From Candidatus Woesearchaeota archaeon (GTDB lineage: Archaea; Nanobdellota; Nanobdellia; CAYMVK01; CAYYFB01), in assembly GCA_964471255.1 (NCBI GenBank), contig CAYYFB010000001.1, forward strand, positions 110,798 to 174,797: a stretch of 64,000 bases of DNA, in the 5' to 3' direction. Shown piece by piece: positions 55,899 to 64,000 of this stretch. Each line of letters begins with the position of its first letter. Position 1 is the stretch's first letter. The notes under the pieces are model-generated. The model was not told the DNA's origin. It made no database searches and saw nothing but the letters and a program-made list of their open reading frames with translations. The position numbers were made by a program, and so were the translations under genes.

Positions 55899-58436
55899 AT
55901 GAGAAAGATAGTTCTCCCACTTTTACTTCCTTTGCTTTTTGCAGCGTATCCACTAGTTTGGCATCCCTGTGATGATATAGTTTGGAATGTAGGATGTGAT
56001 ATTATAGCAGGAGACATAAAGGCTGTTAGATATTATGACTACAATGATACAAGATATTATATAAAGCCTGCAGGCCTAACCAAGATAAAAGAGCTTGAAG
56101 TCATGGCAAATGCTAATCTAGGTGGGGTCCTTTATGTAGATGCCCAAAATAAAAGAGTTGGAATTAATACTAACACTCCTCAAGAGGCCTTGCATGTAGT
56201 GGGAAATATCCTAGTTCCAGAGAACTATAAAATAAATTTCGGAAATGGTCAAGGCTATATTTATTCCGATGGATCTTATTTTAGAATAGGGTTTGGAAAT
56301 AAGCCTATCTGGATTAATAGCTGGGATGATAATGTTATTATCTACGCAGGAGATAGTCAGTACGTTGTTTTAGGACATTGGAACGCTCCAAATTATATCA
56401 AAATACATACCTGGAAATGGCCCTCGGCCACGGAGCCCCTACAACCTTCTAATCCTTTGGGATTTACTTATGGTTGGTATGATTCGGGGACAGGAACAAC
56501 AAAAACTAGTATTATTTGGCTTAAAGCTTATGCTTTAGATACATCTGGAAAAGGAAAACTGTCTATTGAACATGGAGGAAGTGAACTAGCTTATATAGAT
56601 ACCCAGGGCTGGACAAAATTTAATGGTCCTGTAGGAATAATGGCAAATCCAGGCGCTAGTTATGCTCTCAACATAGGAGGAAGCTTAGGGATAAACGGAA
56701 ATATTGTTCTAAAGGTAGACCAAACAAAAACACCTTACACAGTAGTCATAGGTGGGGGAGGGGGTATTGGTAAGGTAAGAGTTCCAAAGGCTAGGGCATT
56801 CGAGGTTGGAGAAACTCTTTTTGTGAATGATACAAGCGGACAAGTAGGGATCGGAATTGAAAGTCCCAAAGATACATTGCATGTTAAAGGAGGATTAAGA
56901 GTAGAGGCCGGAACTTTTGATATTGTAGCACCCAAATCTCCTCCTTCTGACATAAGAACAGGTTCTGAAGCCGACTCTGGTAGAGTTTGGATACAGTACG
57001 GAGCTGTAAGTGCTGCGCCAAATCTGATACTTGTAGACTATGATGAAGGTCCAGCCATAGTTTTCAGACAAACTGGAACGGGTAATGAAACAAATCCGCA
57101 GTATCAAGCTTACATAGGAATGCATAGCAATTCAAATGATCTCTTCGTAATGGGAGGAAACTTTGGAATTGGAACCAGTAGCCCACAATATAAACTTCAT
57201 GTCCAAGGAGATGTTTACTCCAGTGGGTATTTGAGAACAGATACTGGAATTTGCATAGGAAATGACTGCAAAGCCAGTTGGGGAGAAGTTGCATCAGAAG
57301 GTGGATGGGTAGATATGGATGGTATAGTAAAGTTAGCTAATGCAAGTGACAGTGTAAATGCTACAACTCTGTGGATAGACAATACAAATGGAAGAGTTGG
57401 AATAGGAACGTACTCTCCATCAGCAAAGCTCACAATTGCTGCTGCTGATTATACTGGAGCAATTCATATAGTTAGTGATACTGGGGAAAAGAGATTCTCT
57501 CTATTGCCAAGATCTGATGGAGGATGGGAGATGTTTGATTATTACGGCGGGAACTGGAATGAAGGGATAGTCCAGAGAGGGGGGAGTGTAGGAATAGGAG
57601 TTGTACCCTCCTATAAATTAGATGTATATTCCCCCAGTGGAGGAGTAATAGTAGGAAGATTTAGAGTAGGAACAGAGGCAGGATCTTGGATCCGCTTTGA
57701 GAATACCGAAGGAAGATGGGACGTAGGAATGAACGGCCTAGAGAGATTTTCCATATATAATCCAGACACTGGTAAGCAGGCATTGGTTATCGACCCTTCA
57801 GGAAATGTGGGAATAGGGACCATAGACCCAACAGAGAAGTTAGATGCAAGGGGAAACATTCAATTCGGTGCAGGTTCCTATTGGCAATTAGACGAAGGTA
57901 GTTGGACCGGAAGCGGACATTCTGATCAGGCAAACATTATGTATGAAGGCCCTAACCCAGTCTCTACCTTTGGATTTCATGGACAGGGTCCAAAAGAGGT
58001 AAATGTGATTATAGATGGAAGATTAGGAGTAGGGTATGCCTCTGAAGTGAAAGATTTGCCCTATGGATCGGCTATTTTCGCAGGTAAAATCGGTGTCCAT
58101 GTTACTAATCCAGCAACCCGGCTTCATGTAAACGGTAGCGTTAGACTAGAAAATGGCAACATAATTCAGTGGACAAGTGCTGACGGCACCACTTACTGGA
58201 ATGTACTAAGCGTCGATTCTTCGGATGACGTTAACCTGAACACTGGAGGAGGGCATGATATCAAATTCACTGAGGCAGGGAACGTAAGAATGATAATAAA
58301 AGGATCAACAGACAGAGTAGGGATTGGCACGGAAGATCCAGAGAAAAAATTGGATGTAAGAGGAGATTTTCAGGTTATTTCTGGAGGAGGATCTTTCAAA
58401 GTGGATAGTAGTGGAAATATTATAGCAGAAATCTAG
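55899..58436 (+). CDS. Secreted fibre-like surface protein with GNVGIGT repeats
   Basis: Signal peptide and multiple (G/R)VGIGT..P..KL(H/D)V.G modules alternating with unrelated beta-rich inserts. Confidence 0.8.
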   Translation: MRKIVLPLLLPLLFAAYPLVWHPCDDIVWNVGCDIIAGDIKAVRYYDYNDTRYYIKPAGLTKIKELEVMANANLGGVLYVDAQNKRVGINTNTPQEALHVVGNILVPENYKINFGNGQGYIYSDGSYFRIGFGNKPIWINSWDDNVIIYAGDSQYVVLGHWNAPNYIKIHTWKWPSATEPLQPSNPLGFTYGWYDSGTGTTKTSIIWLKAYALDTSGKGKLSIEHGGSELAYIDTQGWTKFNGPVGIMANPGASYALNIGGSLGINGNIVLKVDQTKTPYTVVIGGGGGIGKVRVPKARAFEVGETLFVNDTSGQVGIGIESPKDTLHVKGGLRVEAGTFDIVAPKSPPSDIRTGSEADSGRVWIQYGAVSAAPNLILVDYDEGPAIVFRQTGTGNETNPQYQAYIGMHSNSNDLFVMGGNFGIGTSSPQYKLHVQGDVYSSGYLRTDTGICIGNDCKASWGEVASEGGWVDMDGIVKLANASDSVNATTLWIDNTNGRVGIGTYSPSAKLTIAAADYTGAIHIVSDTGEKRFSLLPRSDGGWEMFDYYGGNWNEGIVQRGGSVGIGVVPSYKLDVYSPSGGVIVGRFRVGTEAGSWIRFENTEGRWDVGMNGLERFSIYNPDTGKQALVIDPSGNVGIGTIDPTEKLDARGNIQFGAGSYWQLDEGSWTGSGHSDQANIMYEGPNPVSTFGFHGQGPKEVNVIIDGRLGVGYASEVKDLPYGSAIFAGKIGVHVTNPATRLHVNGSVRLENGNIIQWTSADGTTYWNVLSVDSSDDVNLNTGGGHDIKFTEAGNVRMIIKGSTDRVGIGTEDPEKKLDVRGDFQVISGGGSFKVDSSGNIIAEI

Positions 58437-58485
58437 ACCCTTACTTTTTGATTTTCTTTTTTCAATCCTCTTTATAATAGCTATC

Positions 58486-61400
58486 ATGGGTAGAAAGGTA
58501 AGTATAGTTGTTATCTTTTTTCTCTTCTTGCCGGTAGTGTTCCCAGTAGGTAGAAGTTTCATAGTCAGAAACATTTCTAACCCTAATCAAGTATTTTTCA
58601 TAGTAAATGGAACGAAAGGGTACGTAGGAATTGGAACTAATGCGCCAGCCTATCCATTAGACGTAATTGGAACCATTAGAGGAACCGGGTTAATAATAAC
58701 CACAGGACCTGTAACCCTGCCAGATAATTCTATTCTGGATAGATATATCCAAGATTTGAGCTGGGCCAAACTAAGAAATTATCCAACAGGATGTCCAACC
58801 GGCTATGCAGTTCAGATTATAGGAGATACTCTTACATGTACTCCAGTTAACCCTGAAGGGACGATTACCGGGTCTGGAGTGGCCGGTTATATTGCAAAAT
58901 TCAATGGAACCTCAACACTTACAACTTCAGTAATATACGAGAGTGGAGGAAAAATCGGAATAGGGACCACATCCCCAGCTTATGAATTAGATGTCTCTGG
59001 AAGTGCAAGAATAACAGGAGATTTTATATGTACGGATTGTATTACTTTAGGATCTGAGACACAAGGGAATTACGTTGCAAAAATCACTTCTAATGCTCCA
59101 ATTGCTGTTTCTGGAGGGGCTGGAGAAGGAGTAACTAATACAATTTCTCTTAACTATAATACCACAGTCTTCGCTTTGGATCAAAATAACTATCTTACCC
59201 TAAGCACCCCTTATTACACAGGTTCGGTCTATGATTCAAGATTTATCAATGAGGGGCAAAGTGCTGGAGGCGATCTCTCCGGAACTTACCCAAACCCTAA
59301 AGTAATAGCCATACAGGGAAGACCTGTAAGTTCAGCTGCTCCAGCTACTAATCAAGTGTTAATGTGGGACGGAAGCCAATGGAAACCAGCCGATGTTGAT
59401 GCTTCGCCCACCAACGAGCTCCAGAACATCTGGTATACTATCGCTGTTCCAGCAGGAACTAATCCAGAGCCAGATTCAACTCAAGATACTCTTACTCTAA
59501 CTGTAGCAAGTGGCTCTGGATTGACAATTACTGGAGATGCAACAACTGATACTATAACCTTTGGTACGGATTTCTCAGTAATACAAAAAAGAGTTACAGG
59601 AACATGTCCTGCAGGTAGTGCAATCGCTGTTATAAATGAGGATGGGAGCGTATCTTGCCTAGATGTAACAGGAGCCGGTCTTTCGGTCAGTGGTAACACA
59701 ATCAATGTAAATGTGAATACCAACAAAGGATTACAAATAGTAAGCGATGCTTTGGAAGTTAAACTCGGCACAGGTTTAGCCTTTGATGGATCGGGAAATA
59801 TCTATGTAAAATACGGCTCTGCTGCAGGAACTGCGGCAGAGGGTAACAAACAAATAACAATTTCAGCAGGCTCTGGATTAACGGGAGGAGGAACAATAAC
59901 GATAGGAGCTGGAGGAAGCGTAACCATAAGTCATGCCGATACTTCTTCTCAATCTTCTGTGGATAACACAGGAGGAACTGTAATCCAAGATATTACCTTA
60001 GATACTTACGGGCATGTAACGGGAATAAGCTCCGTTAATCTGGATAATAGGTATTACACAAAATCTCAGGCAGATTCGAGGTTTACAAATGTAGACCAAG
60101 ATGAAACAATTTCTGGAAGCTGGACTTTCTTAAATGATGTAACATTCATGAAGAATCTCAGGGTTGCTGGAAATATTACCTACGTAAATATGCAAACATT
60201 AAACGTAAATGGTTCCTTAATTCCTCCCGTGGATAATTGGTTCAGCATAGGGAACTCAACTAATAGGTGGAAAAATGCATATTTCGCAGGAACAGTAAAG
60301 GCCTCGGTTTTAAGTGGAGACTTAAGCTGCAGTGGATGCGTTGGTTCAACAGAAATTGCTGATAATTCTATTACTAGCGCTGATATAAGTGATTCAGTAA
60401 AGTATGTTTCTGTTCAAAATTCAGCTGGAACAGAGCAATTTGCGGTCACCGATGGAAAAAAATCCTTACAATTTGCTGTTGGAGGAGGCTTAAGTATAAA
60501 CTTTGACCCAACCAATCACAGGATAACTTATTCACACGCAGATACATCTTCACAAAGTTCAGTCAGTAATAGCGGGGGAAAAGTTATTCAAAGCGTTAGT
60601 TTGGACACTTATGGGCATGTAACAGGTCTAACTTCAACAGATTTAGACAATAGATATTATACAAAATCTGAAGCCGATTCAAGGTTTGTTAATGCGGCTG
60701 GAGATACTATGGGAGGATATTTAAATTTCAATATTGTTAAATCTGGTAACTCTGCAGGAATAAGGTGGAGCGGACTAAGTGATGAGTACAAAATCTATGT
60801 AAGAGAAACGGCAGGGAGCGAGGATACAGATCTTGTAATTGAATATGCAGACAACGCAAACCAGGACAACATTGTCTTCCTGATGAATCCCTACAATACA
60901 TACCCAAAAGAAGTCCTTGTGTTAAGATATAGCGATATAATAGCAAATGCAACTGTAAGGCCCTTGTTAAATAATATAAATAATTTAGGCACCTCTAGCT
61001 ACCAGTGGGCAAATATTTACGGAGTAAATGTTTATCAATCCGGAAATAAGGTTTTAGATACAGCCACAACTTTTACTGACTCAGCATCTAGTGATATAGA
61101 CGTTTCTGGAACTTACAACTCGTTAAATTTGCAAATTAAGACTGGGGCTGTTGGAAGTAGTGAAATAGCTGATGGAAGTATAACAAATGCAGATATAAAT
61201 ATTAACACAAAGTTTGTTTCAGTACAAGATTCTTCAGGAAGCGAGAAATTTCCAGTAACTAATGGGAATAACGCATTAAAATTTGAAGGAAGCGGAAGTG
61301 TTAGCATTAGCTTTGACTCTACAAACCATAAAGTGATAATAACGGGTTCTGGAATTACAGATTGTTCTCAATGTGATTCAAGGTTTGTTAATGCGGCTGG

Positions 61401-62127
61401 AGATACTATGACCGGGGATTTGAACATGCAGGATCATAACATAAAAGATGCTAATAATGTAGAAACAAATGCAATTTATGACCCGGAGGATAGTAGAATA
61501 GAGATCAAAGATACTGCTATAATCTACGATACAGCCACGGGGGATCAGTATGACTACGATGTAAGGATTGGTGGGGATGCAGCAAATGCTTTATATATAG
61601 ATACAGCAGAAGGAGCCGGATTGGTCAATCTAGTAGCTGGAGCTTATTGGGATGGCTCCAAATACGTTTATGGAGGATCTAGAGGGGCTTCTAGAATTGA
61701 GTTGCATGATGGGGAATTTTATTTATATGTTGGAGGGACATCAGGAACTGCAGGGAACGAGGTGAGCTGGAAAGAAGTAATGCGTGGAGAATCAGATGGG
61801 GATGCATATTTCCCATACAGAATTGGAGTTGGGGTTTCACCATCCGAAAAGTTGGAGGTTGCTGGGAATGTAAAGGCAAAAAATCTATATCTGAATCAAG
61901 GCCAAAATGAGGGATCAATTTACAATGTAGATATAATAAAAGGGTATAACGATATAAGATTCAGGTTGGGAACATCTTCCAAATTCTACTTTCAAGATTC
62001 TGCAGGAAATACCAAGGCATGGGTAGATTACAACGGAAATATGTATCTAGCTGGAAATACTATTAATCTTAATGGAGTATATATCAAAAAAGTAGGAAGT
62101 GATATTTACATAAGCGATTCTCCTTAG
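58486..62127 (+). CDS. Secreted fibre-like surface protein (1213 aa) with tail-fibre-type repeats
   Basis: Signal peptide; VGIGT modules; two SHADTSSQSSV..LDTYGHVTG modules; DSRFVNAAGDTM x2; EIADxSIT x2. Rich in Gly, Thr and Ser. Confidence 0.8.
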   Translation: MGRKVSIVVIFFLFLPVVFPVGRSFIVRNISNPNQVFFIVNGTKGYVGIGTNAPAYPLDVIGTIRGTGLIITTGPVTLPDNSILDRYIQDLSWAKLRNYPTGCPTGYAVQIIGDTLTCTPVNPEGTITGSGVAGYIAKFNGTSTLTTSVIYESGGKIGIGTTSPAYELDVSGSARITGDFICTDCITLGSETQGNYVAKITSNAPIAVSGGAGEGVTNTISLNYNTTVFALDQNNYLTLSTPYYTGSVYDSRFINEGQSAGGDLSGTYPNPKVIAIQGRPVSSAAPATNQVLMWDGSQWKPADVDASPTNELQNIWYTIAVPAGTNPEPDSTQDTLTLTVASGSGLTITGDATTDTITFGTDFSVIQKRVTGTCPAGSAIAVINEDGSVSCLDVTGAGLSVSGNTINVNVNTNKGLQIVSDALEVKLGTGLAFDGSGNIYVKYGSAAGTAAEGNKQITISAGSGLTGGGTITIGAGGSVTISHADTSSQSSVDNTGGTVIQDITLDTYGHVTGISSVNLDNRYYTKSQADSRFTNVDQDETISGSWTFLNDVTFMKNLRVAGNITYVNMQTLNVNGSLIPPVDNWFSIGNSTNRWKNAYFAGTVKASVLSGDLSCSGCVGSTEIADNSITSADISDSVKYVSVQNSAGTEQFAVTDGKKSLQFAVGGGLSINFDPTNHRITYSHADTSSQSSVSNSGGKVIQSVSLDTYGHVTGLTSTDLDNRYYTKSEADSRFVNAAGDTMGGYLNFNIVKSGNSAGIRWSGLSDEYKIYVRETAGSEDTDLVIEYADNANQDNIVFLMNPYNTYPKEVLVLRYSDIIANATVRPLLNNINNLGTSSYQWANIYGVNVYQSGNKVLDTATTFTDSASSDIDVSGTYNSLNLQIKTGAVGSSEIADGSITNADININTKFVSVQDSSGSEKFPVTNGNNALKFEGSGSVSISFDSTNHKVIITGSGITDCSQCDSRFVNAAGDTMTGDLNMQDHNIKDANNVETNAIYDPEDSRIEIKDTAIIYDTATGDQYDYDVRIGGDAANALYIDTAEGAGLVNLVAGAYWDGSKYVYGGSRGASRIELHDGEFYLYVGGTSGTAGNEVSWKEVMRGESDGDAYFPYRIGVGVSPSEKLEVAGNVKAKNLYLNQGQNEGSIYNVDIIKGYNDIRFRLGTSSKFYFQDSAGNTKAWVDYNGNMYLAGNTINLNGVYIKKVGSDIYISDSP

Positions 62128-62177
62128 TTTCTTTTCTTTCTAAATATTTTTAATACCTTTTTATTTCTTTTATTTCT

Positions 62178-64000
62178 ATGAAAAGACTATACCTAGTTTT
62201 CTTATTGCCTTTCTTAGGCATTGTTTTCTCGGCAGTAGTGCTAAATGCAACTGATAAAGTAGAAATGAAAGTAAGTGGAAACGTGTGGTTTAGAGTAACT
62301 TCAGCAGGAGATTTGGTTGCCCCTGCACTAACAAGTTGCTTATTCCTTTACACAGACAGTAGTGGAACTTTTCATTGTGGAACATATACTCCAGTAAAAA
62401 GCACTGGAAGTGCTGGTTATCTAGCTAAATTTATTGACGCAACGACCATAGGGAACTCCATCATTTATGAAACTGGAGGAAAAATTGGAATAGGGACAAC
62501 CTCACCCTTTTCTAAACTTTTTGTTAGTGGTGGTAAGATCAGAATTCACTCTACTGACAAGGGTGGAGGCCAGCTTCAAATAGGAAATCCAAACGACGAT
62601 GAAGCTAGTCTAGGTTTTTTTACTGATGTTGCAGCTGATTGGAGCTCTTATTCTCACGGATGGGTAATAGGCCCAGATGTATGGGGTATAGGAACCGGAA
62701 AATTTGGAATAGGAAGTTATGGAGGACCATATAATGTTAAGTTAACTATAGAGGAATCGACAGGGAATGTTGGAATAGGAACTACTTCTCCCGCTTATAA
62801 ACTGGATGTCTCAGGAGATGCAAGAGTAACAGGGACATTATATGCAAATACAAGAGTTGTTGTAAATTCAAAATGCATCTCAATACCAGCCAACACTGAA
62901 AAGTGGATAAGGGTAGCTGAATCAACAAGCAACGCGGCTAGACAAGCAGGACTATTTGTCGCTAGATGGAGTGTCGGTGGCCAACATGGGCATGTAATAT
63001 TCTACGCTGGAGCAGACTATGGAGCAGATTATGGGATCAGATTGACCATAATAGGCGCAGATAGATTCGGAGACCAAGGAGTTGATAAAATAAGAATTTT
63101 AGAAAATCGAACCTACGACCCGATGTATTTAGAGTTGTATGTTGATAATAATAATGCTAATTATGCGATGACTGTTTGTGTAGATCAACTATATCGTGGT
63201 TATAATGGCTGGAATTTAATTGACATAACAGACGGAGGTGTCCCAGCTGGCTATACTTCGCATGAAATAGACGCAAACACTGCTTTTGCTGTTAATGAGA
63301 ATAGCAAGATATTTACAGTAGAGGAAAACGGTAATGTAGGAATAGGAACGGCATCTCCAGCTGATAAATTACATGTAAAGGGATGGTTAAGAATAGAAGA
63401 CACAGATACCTCTGATTATGTAAAAATATCTACAGATGGATGGGCACACTTTGTAACAACTAAGAATGTAATAGATTTTCAGCCTCAAAATATAAACTAC
63501 GAAGAGGGTGTGAGAATATATGTTGATGGGAATGGAAAAGGAGCAATAAGGGTTGATGGCGATGCAATATTAGCAGCTGAAGCCGGAAAAGTGGGGATCG
63601 GGACAACTTCCCCAGACTCTAAACTACATATAATAGGTGGGGTTTGTATAGAATCTAGCGATTCTGGTTGTTCTCAATCTGCTGGAAACTTAAAAGTTAG
63701 TGGAACCGCTACTGTAGGTGATTTAAGTTGTAGTAACTGTGTTGCACTAGGTTCAGAGACTTCTGGTGTCTTGCCTCTAGCTGAGGGTGGAACAGGATCA
63801 AGCTTGAGTGATCCTAATGACGATAGAATATTATTTTGGGATGATTCAGCTAGCAAAGTAACCTGGCTAGATGTAGGAGGTGGTTTGGCTATTAGTGGAA
63901 CTACAATATCGCACGCAGACACTTCCTCTCAATCTTCAGTAGACAATTCTGGAGGAACTGTGATTCAAGATATCACTTTGGACACTTATGGGCATGTAAC
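62178..64000 (+). CDS. Third secreted fibre-like protein (runs off window end)
   Basis: MKRLYLVFLLPFLGIVFSA signal peptide and GKIGIGTTSP/GNVGIGT modules. Ends in frame in SHADTSSQSSVDNSGGTVIQDITLDTYGHV. Absent from the track, consistent with having no stop in the window. Confidence 0.8.
   Translation, partial: MKRLYLVFLLPFLGIVFSAVVLNATDKVEMKVSGNVWFRVTSAGDLVAPALTSCLFLYTDSSGTFHCGTYTPVKSTGSAGYLAKFIDATTIGNSIIYETGGKIGIGTTSPFSKLFVSGGKIRIHSTDKGGGQLQIGNPNDDEASLGFFTDVAADWSSYSHGWVIGPDVWGIGTGKFGIGSYGGPYNVKLTIEESTGNVGIGTTSPAYKLDVSGDARVTGTLYANTRVVVNSKCISIPANTEKWIRVAESTSNAARQAGLFVARWSVGGQHGHVIFYAGADYGADYGIRLTIIGADRFGDQGVDKIRILENRTYDPMYLELYVDNNNANYAMTVCVDQLYRGYNGWNLIDITDGGVPAGYTSHEIDANTAFAVNENSKIFTVEENGNVGIGTASPADKLHVKGWLRIEDTDTSDYVKISTDGWAHFVTTKNVIDFQPQNINYEEGVRIYVDGNGKGAIRVDGDAILAAEAGKVGIGTTSPDSKLHIIGGVCIESSDSGCSQSAGNLKVSGTATVGDLSCSNCVALGSETSGVLPLAEGGTGSSLSDPNDDRILFWDDSASKVTWLDVGGGLAISGTTISHADTSSQSSVDNSGGTVIQDITLDTYGHV

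Overview
Densely packed, AT-rich archaeal chromosome segment. A full-length reverse gyrase points to a (hyper)thermophile. Extreme gene compaction, an unlinked 5S rRNA and the number of pilus and surface genes suggest a DPANN-type lineage (inference). Contents: (i) a 13.7-kb type IV pilus-like operon with a TadC/FlaJ platform and about 15 pilin-like or secreted genes, four of them 41-46 aa micro-ORFs missed by the ORF track; (ii) a second pilus locus (pilins, TadA/FlaI ATPase, two TadC-like genes) plus a separate prepilin peptidase and major pilin; (iii) housekeeping genes (mat, PolD small subunit, thermosome, rgy, truD, EF-1beta, mre11, ileS, aMBF1, nob1, pyrH, minD, dcd, trm5-family, agmatinase-family, eL41, histone, TFS, trmI); (iv) RNA genes: five tRNAs (intron-containing Trp, Glu, Pro, Gly, Val), 5S rRNA, a reduced RNase P RNA and a C/D box sRNA; (v) two tRNA-anchored islets (a PD-(D/E)XK nuclease gene, and a RelBE pair with a nonsense-disrupted toxin bounded by a decayed tRNA-Val repeat); (vi) at least three tandem secreted proteins built from phage-tail-fibre-like GNVGIGT repeats. 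The most striking unexplained signal is a non-palindromic motif, core CTGGAGCG, consensus TTCTGGAGCG(G/C). It occurs at least 20 times (10 per strand, in all six reading frames and in intergenic DNA) where fewer than one copy is expected, which resembles a DNA-uptake-sequence-like element. All calls were made by eye, with no database searches.
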